A stretch of DNA of 54,165 bases from the IMG/VR virus record IMGVR_UViG_3300045988_087855; one strand, 5' to 3'. The notes under the pieces are model-generated. The model saw only the letters and a list, made by a program, of their open reading frames with translations, searched no databases and was not told where the DNA came from. The stretch comes from a virus. Made by a program: the position numbers and the translations under genes. Below, piece after piece: positions 7,551-15,570 of this stretch; the first letter of the stretch is position 1, and every line of letters starts with the position of its first letter.

Positions 7551-8291
7551 ATGACAAAAGAAGAGAAAACCGCAGCAACCAAGGCTGCAATCGAGAAAAT
7601 CCAGGAGTTGAACGAGAAAAATGGAGGATACTGCATCCGATTCGGAGAAGCCCTCCCACTCAAGGAGCCAAAGGCTGTAAGCATAGACGGAACCATCGAC
7701 GCACCAGCACGCTGGGTGGAGAAGCGCAAGGACGACATCAAACAGGCAGACGCACACATCATCGTGGACAGAGACCACATGAGCATCACGCTGAACATTG
7801 ACGAGAACAGCGCATACAGCGACCAGATCAAGGGAACGCTCACCCTCTCCAGCGAGATGCAGGAGTTTGGAATCAACACAGGTGAGTACATGTCCTGCTT
7901 CGACATGTCAGACCGCATCAAGCAGCTCCGCTCCTACTTCGAGACACAGCAGGAGGCGATGAAGCTGGTCAGCGAACTCCGCAACTTCAAGGCGAAGATA
8001 GACAAGGAGCTGGAACTTAGCGACGACAAGCGAGGCAATCAGCGCATCCTCAAATCGCAGTTCGTGGAGAGTAACCTGCCGAAGGACTTCAAGATTCAAC
8101 TCCCAATCTTCAAGGGCATGAAAAAGGAAACCATCCAGGTAGAGGTTGAAATCAACCCGAACGACCTCTCCTGCACCCTTGTCAGCCCAGAGGCTCACGA
8201 CATCGTGATTCAGCAACGAGACGTGCACATGGACGCAGTCATCGACAGAATCAAGGACGCAGCCCCGACAATCGTAATCATCGAGCAGTAA
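7551..8291 (+). CDS. hypothetical protein
   Basis: 246-aa ORF in the early region. Confidence 0.6.
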   Translation: MTKEEKTAATKAAIEKIQELNEKNGGYCIRFGEALPLKEPKAVSIDGTIDAPARWVEKRKDDIKQADAHIIVDRDHMSITLNIDENSAYSDQIKGTLTLSSEMQEFGINTGEYMSCFDMSDRIKQLRSYFETQQEAMKLVSELRNFKAKIDKELELSDDKRGNQRILKSQFVESNLPKDFKIQLPIFKGMKKETIQVEVEINPNDLSCTLVSPEAHDIVIQQRDVHMDAVIDRIKDAAPTIVIIEQ

Positions 8292-8360
8292 CAACACCAA
8301 CCACCGAAGGAGTCGCCACAGAGCGGCTCCCGAAAGTGATTACCATACAAACAAGAAAGC

Positions 8361-9365
8361 ATGAGCAGGAACGAAAAGATAAGAGCCTTCGTCATTGACG
8401 CACAGGACACCGAGAGAATGCTGGAGGACTTCTCCGATGAAGAGGCTGGAAAGATTCTGAAAGGATTGCTCGCCTACGCAAACAGGGGCGAGGAGTTCGA
8501 GACGGAAGACAGAGCAATGCGCTGCCTGTTCAAGAACATACAAGCGAACATCGACCGCAACTACGACAAGTACGAGGCTAAATGCGAGCGCAACAGACAG
8601 ATAGCCAAGGCAAGGGAACAGAAGAGAAAGGAGGCAAGGGAGAAGAAAGAAGAGCGTGCAGAACGTGAACCAAAAGCACCAAAGAGCACGAACGTACACG
8701 AACGTGAACAAACGTCACCAAAAGCACCAAATGAAAATGAAATAGAAATAACTAATATAAAAGTTATTAAAGAAGCTAAAGCTTCTATTATTAAAGCACC
8801 TAAAGGTGCTACGTCAGAAACAAGTTCTGACGCTGCATCTGCACCAACGCAGGAGGCGAAAAACGAAGCGAGCCAAACCCAAAAGGAAAGCAAGATAGAC
8901 TTCGAGAAGGTGCGCCAGCAGTTCAACCGACTCATGGAGCAGAAGAAGATACCATCGCTCAAGGGCAAGATTGCAGGGCAGCGCAGGGCATTCTTCGAGG
9001 CGAGGGTGCGAGAGTACGGAATCACCGCAGCGTACAGGGTCATGATAAAGGCAGCACGCAGCGGATTTCTCAACGGCAGCGGAGGCAGGGCATGGGTCGC
9101 CAACTTCGAGTGGATATTCAGACCCAACAACTTCCCGAAGGTGCTGGACGGCTACTACGACGAGCAGACACCAACACCAACGGCAATAACACCAGAAGGC
9201 AGATATGGCACACCAATGGCAGAGACCCAAGGCGGTCGGACAGATAATCGAAACCAGCAGCGAGCGCAGGAACAGCGTGAGCGCATCGAAGGCTACGCAG
9301 GCATTGCCAGCAAGTGGAGGCAGACAGCTGATGGAGATGCGACAGCGATGGGATACGAGGGATAG
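8361..9365 (+). CDS. putative replication initiation/organiser protein
   Basis: 334 aa. Two globular halves are joined by a K/E/R-rich linker whose DNA carries iteron-like repeats and an AT-rich tract. The function is assigned from position and architecture only. Confidence 0.45.
   Translation: MSRNEKIRAFVIDAQDTERMLEDFSDEEAGKILKGLLAYANRGEEFETEDRAMRCLFKNIQANIDRNYDKYEAKCERNRQIAKAREQKRKEAREKKEERAEREPKAPKSTNVHEREQTSPKAPNENEIEITNIKVIKEAKASIIKAPKGATSETSSDAASAPTQEAKNEASQTQKESKIDFEKVRQQFNRLMEQKKIPSLKGKIAGQRRAFFEARVREYGITAAYRVMIKAARSGFLNGSGGRAWVANFEWIFRPNNFPKVLDGYYDEQTPTPTAITPEGRYGTPMAETQGGRTDNRNQQRAQEQRERIEGYAGIASKWRQTADGDATAMGYEG
8661..8730 (+). repeat. iteron-like repeats (GAACGTRMAC x4; CAAAAGCACCAAA x2)
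   Basis: GAACGTGAAC at 8661, GAACGTACAC at 8690, GAACGTGAAC at 8700, AAACGTCACC at 8710. CAAAAGCACCAAA at 8671 and 8718. Confidence 0.55.
8731..8800 (+). other. AT-rich tract next to the iteron-like repeats (candidate DNA unwinding element / ori)
   Basis: ATGAAAATGAAATAGAAATAACTAATATAAAAGTTATTAAAGAAGCTAAAGCTTCTATTATTAAAG is strikingly AT-rich compared with the rest of the gene. Confidence 0.45.
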
Positions 9366-9951
9366 CCTGCTGCAGACCTTCCACGTTGACAGGCAGATGG
9401 AGCTCACGAAAGACCCAGAGCGGTGCTTTTTTCAAAACGCCCCGACACTTTGGAACGTGAACATCGGCTATGGATTCGGAACGGCACAGGAGTGGCTGGC
9501 ATACCAAATCGCAGACCTCTCCGAGTTCAGCGGAGCCAGGGACAAGATAACGGACAGGCAGCTCGACCAGATCATCCAGCTCATCACCGATGACTACGGA
9601 TTTTTGAACATGGCGGAGATTATGCTTTTTTGCCGAAGGTTCAAGAAGGGCAACTACGACAAGTTCTACGGCAGCGTTGACCCGATAGCAATCATGAAGG
9701 GACTGAACGAGTTCGTCAGAGAGCGCAACGAGGCATACGCCAAGAGGGAGCGGACGCAGCAGGAGCGCAAGGAATGGCAGGATGCCCACAACCCGAACAT
9801 CATGAGCCGTGAGGAATGGGATATCATCAAGCAGGTGCAGGCTGAATACGAGATGAACACCATCGAGGAAGACAGGCGCACCGAGCAAAAATACAAACAG
9901 ATTAAACAACAAGAAAATGGCAAGCATCAAGAATTTAGAACGCATCCATGA
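9331..9951 (+). CDS. hypothetical early protein (possible replication accessory)
   Basis: Real part of ORF 9205-9951. Candidate starts are 9331, 9337 and 9397. Typical codon usage. Confidence 0.55.
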   Translation: MEMRQRWDTRDSLLQTFHVDRQMELTKDPERCFFQNAPTLWNVNIGYGFGTAQEWLAYQIADLSEFSGARDKITDRQLDQIIQLITDDYGFLNMAEIMLFCRRFKKGNYDKFYGSVDPIAIMKGLNEFVRERNEAYAKRERTQQERKEWQDAHNPNIMSREEWDIIKQVQAEYEMNTIEEDRRTEQKYKQIKQQENGKHQEFRTHP

Positions 9952-10162
9952 GATTGCGGAGAGCCTCCCAAAGCTGGAGGACGCAAGAAAGTTATTGGCA
10001 GACAGCGAGAGCCACGTGCTGGTGGCTACGCCAAAGAAGCAGACACCAAGCGGAGAGCAGCAGGGAGTTTGCATCATCCTGCCAAAGGAGGTCAAGATGA
10101 ACGTCTTGAATGTCATCAACATCGAGATTAACAAGCAGAAGGAGGAGCTGAAGGACTTATGA
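9917..10162 (+). CDS. hypothetical protein
   Basis: 81-aa ORF. Confidence 0.5.
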   Translation: MASIKNLERIHEIAESLPKLEDARKLLADSESHVLVATPKKQTPSGEQQGVCIILPKEVKMNVLNVINIEINKQKEELKDL

Positions 10163-10419
10163 TGAAGATTTGGAACCCAATAGAGGCATACCGCAAGGCA
10201 AGCCAGCGTAGCCAGGAGGCACAGACACGCCACGAGGCTAACACCAAAATATGCATCGGGGACTACACCGACAGCAAGGGAGCGACATACACCGCCCTCA
10301 TCATCGACGGAATCCCAGTGCAGAGAGTGACGGCAGACAACATTCAGAGCTGCGAGGAGCAACTTTGCAGCGTCCGCCAGGAGTACATCGACAAGAGAGC
10401 AGCCACAGCTGCGGTTTAG
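10159..10419 (+). CDS. hypothetical protein
   Basis: 86-aa ORF with an ATGA overlap with the upstream gene. Confidence 0.5.
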   Translation: MMKIWNPIEAYRKASQRSQEAQTRHEANTKICIGDYTDSKGATYTALIIDGIPVQRVTADNIQSCEEQLCSVRQEYIDKRAATAAV

Positions 10420-10432
10420 GAAGGAGGCGCAC

Positions 10433-10795
10433 ATGGACAACAAGGAATTCTTCGACAAAGTCGCCCAGATGCGAACCCAGCAGAAGGCGTTCTTCAACAG
10501 CCGACCAAGCAGCGAGGAGCGAAAGACCGCCCTCGTGAACAGCAAGAGGCTGGAGAAGGAAATCGACAACGAGATAGCGAGGGTGCAGGAAATCATGGCA
10601 AGGAAGGAAACATACCTCGTGCAATACCAGGACGTGGACGGAAGCATCACGAGCCACATCTTCGAGGGCTTTGACATGGGGACGCAGTACTGCCCAGGAA
10701 TGATGGTCGCCAACATCACCAAGAGACTCGTCACCTACAACGGCAAGGATTGGGAGGAGATGACACTCTTCAAAGGGAAAGGAGGCAACCCATGA
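10433..10795 (+). CDS. hypothetical protein
   Basis: 120-aa ORF. Confidence 0.55.
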   Translation: MDNKEFFDKVAQMRTQQKAFFNSRPSSEERKTALVNSKRLEKEIDNEIARVQEIMARKETYLVQYQDVDGSITSHIFEGFDMGTQYCPGMMVANITKRLVTYNGKDWEEMTLFKGKGGNP

Positions 10796-11973
10796 CGACG
10801 CACGCCAGCCTCTTCTCGGGTATCGGTGGCGCAGAGGTCGCAGCCGCCTGGATGGGATGGCGCAACGTCTTCCACTGCGAGATACAGGAGTTCCCTCGCA
10901 AGGTTTTAGATTTTTGGTTTCCAAACGCAGAAAGTTATGAAGACATCACAAAGACAGATTTTACCAAATGGGGGGGCAAAATCGATGTTCTCACAGGAGG
11001 GTTCCCCTGCCAGCCTTTCTCCATCGCAGGAAGAAGAAAGGGAGAGAAGGACAACCGCTACCTCTGGCAAGAGATGCATAGGGCAATCAAGGAAATCCAC
11101 CCCACTTGGGTCATTGGTGAGAATGTTGCTGGAATCACAACGATGGTGGAGTCCAGTGAAACGACTTACATGGGTCACACGCCCGATTTATTCGAGGCGA
11201 GAGACCTATACCGAACTGAAAGCAGGTTCACCCTTGACAGAATCTGCCAAGACATCGAGGACGCAGGATACGAAGTCCAGCCGCTCCTTATACCAGCTTG
11301 CAGTGTCGGAGCACCCCACAGAAGAGACAGGATCTGGATTGTTGCCCACCGTACAGACGCAGGGATTGAAGCGATGCAGCAAGGAGGGCAAGACGGAGTT
11401 CTACCCGACGGAACTGCTGCCGACACCAACTGCTACGGACAAAGGGAACGGACGGATGAACAGAAGCCCATCGCCAGGGGCGATGGAGAGACCCACCATA
11501 GCCAAGGCAGCGAGAATGGGACTCCTCCCCACACCGAACGCAGTGGAGGCGACGAAGTACACCCACAAGCTCAACCCGAACAGCCAGATGGGACGGAGCC
11601 TCACGGCACTTGCGGTGAACGGATTGATGCCGACACCATCGGCAAGGGACTACAAGGGCAACACCATCACCACGACGAGAAGGCGCAAGGGGCAGTTCAC
11701 CCGATGGGGAGAGATGCTGCCAGACTTCATAACCCGATTGAACGAGGAGCAAACAGGGGATTCGAAGGCTTCCCCACAACTGAACCCACTATTCGTAGAG
11801 GAGATGATGGGCTTCCCTTTCGGATGGACGACCTATCCGTTTCTTTCGGAAAGTGGAGACAGGAAAGCATAAAGGCATACGGCAACGCATGGGTGCCGCA
11901 GGTCGCATACGAGATATTCAGAGCAATAGAAACAATTCAAAACCAACAAGAAAATGAAAATCGAAGCAAGTAA
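10792..11973 (+). CDS. DNA (cytosine-5)-methyltransferase; conserved blocks are split between two reading frames
   Basis: Frame 1 carries FSGIGG (motif I), GFPCQPFS (IV), ENV (VI), HRRDRIWIVA (VIII) and, at the end, YGNAWVPQV (X). Frame 2 (ORF 10937-11872) carries LLPTPTATD, LLPTPNA, LMPTPSARDYKG and NPLFVEEMMGFPFGWT, with better codon usage across the middle. Confidence 0.7.
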   Translation: MTTHASLFSGIGGAEVAAAWMGWRNVFHCEIQEFPRKVLDFWFPNAESYEDITKTDFTKWGGKIDVLTGGFPCQPFSIAGRRKGEKDNRYLWQEMHRAIKEIHPTWVIGENVAGITTMVESSETTYMGHTPDLFEARDLYRTESRFTLDRICQDIEDAGYEVQPLLIPACSVGAPHRRDRIWIVAHRTDAGIEAMQQGGQDGVLPDGTAADTNCYGQRERTDEQKPIARGDGETHHSQGSENGTPPHTERSGGDEVHPQAQPEQPDGTEPHGTCGERIDADTIGKGLQGQHHHHDEKAQGAVHPMGRDAARLHNPIERGANRGFEGFPTTEPTIRRGDDGLPFRMDDLSVSFGKWRQESIKAYGNAWVPQVAYEIFRAIETIQNQQENENRSK

Positions 11974-12322
11974 GGCAGTGAAGCTCCACTCAGTGAAGCA
12001 ACTGCGCAAGTTCCAGGCGAACACAAGAACCAAGCAGGGAGAGGCGTACATCGCCATCACCAAGACTGCGGACAACAAGGTCAGCATCGGATGGAAGGGA
12101 ACGAAGAAAGACCTCGTCAATCTCCTCTACACCACCGCAAAGAACGACAGAGGAATGGCAGCTATCATCTGCCAGGTGGCGAAAGACCACGTGGACACAC
12201 GAAAGCACAGCACCCAGTCATGGGGAGAGCTGACAGCGGACATCATCGCATTGCAGAACGAACTCGCCAATGACCAACATCAGGAAGGAGGACTGCATGA
12301 AGCAGAACGTGATAGTGATTGA
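11954..12322 (+). CDS. hypothetical protein
   Basis: 122-aa ORF. Confidence 0.55.
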   Translation: MKIEASKAVKLHSVKQLRKFQANTRTKQGEAYIAITKTADNKVSIGWKGTKKDLVNLLYTTAKNDRGMAAIICQVAKDHVDTRKHSTQSWGELTADIIALQNELANDQHQEGGLHEAERDSD

Positions 12323-12497
12323 TGACGCACGCTCCGAGTTCAGAAAGCAGCTCATCCTCGCAGCGACAATCGGGTACTGCTCCAACCCAGAGTACATTTG
12401 CACCGATTACAAGCCGCTGGCGAACATGGTGGTCAAAACCACGGACGCAATACTGCAGGAATTGGAGAACCAACGAAAGAAACAAGACAATGGCTAA
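12297..12497 (+). CDS. hypothetical protein
   Basis: ATG at 12297 preceded by GGAAGGAGG; part of ORF 12270-12497. Confidence 0.5.
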   Translation: MKQNVIVIDDARSEFRKQLILAATIGYCSNPEYICTDYKPLANMVVKTTDAILQELENQRKKQDNG

Positions 12498-12735
12498 GAA
12501 AATCGAGTACGCAACGACAGCCGAAATCAAGGTCGGGGACATTATCCAGGCACGGCTGGACGGAAGGGCAATCAAGGTGGAGAACATAGAGACGGCAACC
12601 GAGAAGGACGGAACAACGTCCCGAATCTTCCTCGGCAAGACCTGCCTAAAGGACGGAATGCCGTCCAAGGTGAGCCTCCACCGATACATCCACGAGTCGA
12701 ACGTGATGAAGGTGAACGGAAAGGAGGTGCGATAA
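12490..12735 (+). CDS. hypothetical protein
   Basis: ATG at 12490 within ORF 12319-12735 (MAKKIEYATT...). Confidence 0.5.
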   Translation: MAKKIEYATTAEIKVGDIIQARLDGRAIKVENIETATEKDGTTSRIFLGKTCLKDGMPSKVSLHRYIHESNVMKVNGKEVR

Positions 12736-12962
12736 TGAAGGCAAGACAAGCAAAGAAGATTCTGCGCCAGCAGCCAGAGAACGACCTGCCGCTCCACAAG
12801 ATAAGCTTTTATTGGATTCACCGATGGGACAGATACAACCAATGCGTCCACCCATGCAACTGGGTAGCGCAGATGTTGGGCAGCAGAGGGGACGCAAGAA
12901 TCCAAAAGGCGGTAAGCCTTGCAAGCCGCTGGGAGAAAAAGAAATTCAAACAAACACATTAA
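12735..12962 (+). CDS. hypothetical protein
   Basis: 75-aa ORF with a 1-nt overlap with the upstream stop. Confidence 0.45.
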   Translation: MKARQAKKILRQQPENDLPLHKISFYWIHRWDRYNQCVHPCNWVAQMLGSRGDARIQKAVSLASRWEKKKFKQTH

Positions 12963-12974
12963 GCAACACGGAAT

Positions 12975-13844
12975 ATGGGAAGAAAGAAGAAGCGCAACAA
13001 GTGGAGCGCACAGCCAAGAAAGCAACAGAATCCACTTGCACAACAACCACAGCAGCTCGTCGCCCCGAAGGCGGTGCGTGATTATTGGAACAACGAGATG
13101 ACGGCAGAGGAACGAGAGCTAATCAACACCCCGATAGGAGTGGCGCAACACGCAGGCATCGTGAGAAGGCTCGGCTTCATCACCGCCACCTTCTACCACC
13201 TCCACAGCGTGCAGAGCCTCCTATTCGCAGAGATGGAGAACATCATCGAGAAATGGGGACTTTACATGAAGGGCGTGCAGCCAGCCATCAACTCCCTACA
13301 GAAATCCGAGGATTCGTTCTTCAACGTGATGCATGATCTGGTGCAGAACCACAGCGAGGGAATCGAGGAAACCTACACACAGGACGTGGACGCACTCTAT
13401 GACCGCATCACCCGATGGGAGGGAATCCCCAAGGTTTGGAAGCCAGGGGACGAGCAGAAGCTGGAAGGCAAAGCCATAATGGAAGACATCATAGGCAGCT
13501 TGAAGAAGGGAGTGCTCAGAATCCAGGAGCAGTTCATGGAGCCAGAGCCAAAGGGTGAAGCGAGAACCCTGTACGCCATCGCAGAGATGGGCGAGGATGA
13601 GACGAGCAAAATCATCAAGCAGGACATCGCCAAGAAGGGAATCGCTGCAATCCAAGCCAACAAGCTGGCTCGCAAGAACACCGACAAGATGTTCATCCTT
13701 TATGAGCAAGTGATGCAAGTCCAGGAGACCTGCCACATGACACCATTCAAGGCGGTGCAGAAGCCAGCCGACCAAGACGAGCTCGTGGAGATAGACATCA
13801 AACCGAAGAAAAATGGCAAGAAGCCCAAGGAGACAAAAGAATGA
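12975..13844 (+). CDS. hypothetical protein
   Basis: 289-aa ORF with a basic N-terminus. Confidence 0.6.
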   Translation: MGRKKKRNKWSAQPRKQQNPLAQQPQQLVAPKAVRDYWNNEMTAEERELINTPIGVAQHAGIVRRLGFITATFYHLHSVQSLLFAEMENIIEKWGLYMKGVQPAINSLQKSEDSFFNVMHDLVQNHSEGIEETYTQDVDALYDRITRWEGIPKVWKPGDEQKLEGKAIMEDIIGSLKKGVLRIQEQFMEPEPKGEARTLYAIAEMGEDETSKIIKQDIAKKGIAAIQANKLARKNTDKMFILYEQVMQVQETCHMTPFKAVQKPADQDELVEIDIKPKKNGKKPKETKE

Positions 13845-13871
13845 GCGAACACTTGAATTACTTGAAATGGG

Positions 13872-14084
13872 TTGAAGCAGACGGAAGTCAAGCCACAGCG
13901 TCCGAAAGAAGCCCACCTCCTCGCAGTCATTGACAAGGGGACAGGCAAGGTATGCAACATCGAGGTGAGCCAAGACAAGCCTCCATACCACAACAGAGCG
14001 TGGAAGCTCAAGGCACTCTACCCACACAGCAGATACGACATCGAGCGCATGGAAACCAACCTCAGAGGAATAACGAGACGATGA
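13872..14084 (+). CDS. hypothetical protein (start uncertain; TTG or an upstream frameshift)
   Basis: 70-aa ORF with good codon usage but no ATG. An ATGA-coupled 30-codon ORF (13841-13933) lies in another frame. Confidence 0.4.
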   Translation: MKQTEVKPQRPKEAHLLAVIDKGTGKVCNIEVSQDKPPYHNRAWKLKALYPHSRYDIERMETNLRGITRR

Positions 14085-14251
14085 GCGGAACAGGACAAAG
14101 ACCGCAGGGAACGCAATGCGCCCGATGCGGTCACGCATACGAGAGCATCAACACATGGGTCTGCGGCAAGACAGGCAAGCCGATATTCAACGGCAACCCT
14201 TCCTGCGACAGCATAACAGACAAGAAACAGAAAGTCACATGGAAAAAATAA
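14081..14251 (+). CDS. small Cys-rich (zinc-ribbon-like) protein
   Basis: ATGA overlap at 14081. Sequence contains CARCGH...WVCGKTGKPIFNGNPSC. Confidence 0.45.
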   Translation: MSGTGQRPQGTQCARCGHAYESINTWVCGKTGKPIFNGNPSCDSITDKKQKVTWKK

Positions 14252-14580
14252 ATTTGAGCGAGGCTATCGAAAAACTTGCAATCGCACACGGAATCGCAAG
14301 GGAGGAAATCGAAGCGGTTCTCGAATACTACCAGGCGCAACAACCGCAGAACGTGCCTAAGTTCGATATCGACGATTACTGCAATCGCTACAACATCGAA
14401 TACTACATAGACCCAGACATCCGAGAGGAAACGAGGGAGCAACACAAGCTCCACCTCCACCACTCCAGCAAGAGAAGCCAGGCAGCGACAGCCAAGCGCA
14501 AGAGCCGCCAGCCAAAGGGCAACACTTGGATCTGGAACCGAATAAGAAGCCGCCCGAACACTAAGCACGGCTACCACTGA
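14239..14580 (+). CDS. hypothetical protein
   Basis: ATG at 14239 within ORF 14116-14580 (MEKINLSEAIEKL...). Confidence 0.5.
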   Translation: MEKINLSEAIEKLAIAHGIAREEIEAVLEYYQAQQPQNVPKFDIDDYCNRYNIEYYIDPDIREETREQHKLHLHHSSKRSQAATAKRKSRQPKGNTWIWNRIRSRPNTKHGYH

Positions 14581-14599
14581 GAGCCACAGCCTCGAATGA

Positions 14600-14620
14600 G
14601 GGGGAGGGTTTGGGAGGGGG
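14600..14620 (+). other. G-quadruplex-type motif GGGGGAGGGTTTGGGAGGGGG
   Basis: Four G-runs (5, 3, 3, 5) with 1-3-nt loops in a 151-bp non-coding gap. They are followed by a CA/CG-rich low-complexity tract (about 14621-14690). Confidence 0.6.
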
Positions 14621-14731
14621 TGCGCATACACCCACACATAGGGCGCACACACATACACGCATACAGGCAGGCGCACGCATAAGCGAGCAAGAGCCAAGTA
14701 AAACAACAAACAAAAGAACGAGACAAGCAAA

Positions 14732-14950
14732 ATGACGATTCAGATTACATTCACGGACGCAGCCATATCAACAGCCTGCATCCTCGCTGGAATCATATAC
14801 ATTGCGTGGCTGCTTTACGAGGTGAAGATAGCCGTGCCAGAGGAAAATGAGGCTGTGAGCCAAAATGAAGCCACACAGAGTCACGAAACAACATCGAACG
14901 AGGAAACACCAAGCAACGAAACAAAAACGCAGCAGGAGGCACGAAAATGA
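14732..14950 (+). CDS. small membrane protein
   Basis: Contains the transmembrane segment AAISTACILAGIIYIAWLLY followed by an acidic S/T/E-rich tail. Confidence 0.5.
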   Translation: MTIQITFTDAAISTACILAGIIYIAWLLYEVKIAVPEENEAVSQNEATQSHETTSNEETPSNETKTQQEARK

Positions 14951-15504
14951 GCCACAGAGAGCAAATAATCATCGGAATAGACCCAGATACAGACAGAAAC
15001 GGCATCGCAATGCTCGACATGAGCACGCACAAGCTCCAAGTCCAGATGCTCACCTTCCCCAGCCTCCTCGACTTCATCAAGGAAAAATACCACCAATTCG
15101 CAGAAATTGACAAATGGGACTTCAAGGTCGTCATCGAGGCAGGATGGATGAACCACGGCAACTACCACATCAAGCGATGGCAGGGAAAGCAAGGAATAGC
15201 CAGTCTCGGAGTTGACCAGGGGCGCAACGAGCAGGTCAGCCGAACCATCGGGCAGATGATGGAGCACTGGGGCATCCCCTACGAGTTCAAGAGACCGCTC
15301 CCTAAGTGCTGGCACGGAGCCGACCGAAAGATAACCAAGGAGGAAATCGAGGAAATAACTTTACAAAAGCTGGGCAGGCTCAACCAAGAGGGGCGAGACG
15401 CAGCCCTCCTCGCCTGGGACTACGCAGAGCTTCCGATGCGCATCACCAGCGACACGCTCAGAGGGAAACCTTCAGCGAAAAAGTCGATTTTTGCAAGGAA
15501 ATAG
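14947..15504 (+). CDS. RuvC-like Holliday junction resolvase
   Basis: N-terminal IIIGIDPDTDRNGIAMLD is a RuvC-type catalytic Asp motif. ATGA overlap with the upstream gene. Confidence 0.65.
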   Translation: MSHREQIIIGIDPDTDRNGIAMLDMSTHKLQVQMLTFPSLLDFIKEKYHQFAEIDKWDFKVVIEAGWMNHGNYHIKRWQGKQGIASLGVDQGRNEQVSRTIGQMMEHWGIPYEFKRPLPKCWHGADRKITKEEIEEITLQKLGRLNQEGRDAALLAWDYAELPMRITSDTLRGKPSAKKSIFARK

Positions 15505-15558
15505 GCTGAAAAATGTTAATTTTTTGCCTAAAGTGTTTACAATATAATCAGAAAGCCG

Positions 15559-15566
15559 TATTTTTG
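15559..15566 (+). promoter_or_regulatory. -7 promoter box TATTTTTG directly upstream of the ATG at 15571
   Basis: Matches TAnnTTTG, in a 66-bp AT-rich gap after the resolvase gene. Only 4 nt separate the box from the ATG. Confidence 0.4.
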
Positions 15567-15570
15567 CGAC

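Noticed and set aside
9118-10734. Very long antisense ORFs in the track: 9118-10734 (538 aa), 16126-17991 (621 aa), 5659-6690 (343 aa), 20337-21326, 36297-37280, 28665-29426, 12243-13046, 13296-14138 and 52911-54149.
   Set aside because: They lie opposite or out of frame to genes with clear motifs (methyltransferases, MBL, portal, integrase and others). Their translations are Leu/Val/Cys/His-rich low-complexity sequence with no motifs. They are explained by the strong purine-rich, NNG/NNC-biased codon usage of the real genes, which depletes stop codons on the other strand.
10937-11872. 311-aa frame-2 ORF inside the C5-methyltransferase gene, considered as an independent overlapping gene.
   Set aside because: Its first 130 or so residues are junk-like and it lacks its own start context. 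Only its distal part carries methyltransferase-type blocks, so it is treated as part of the same gene in a shifted frame (see findings), not as a separate gene.
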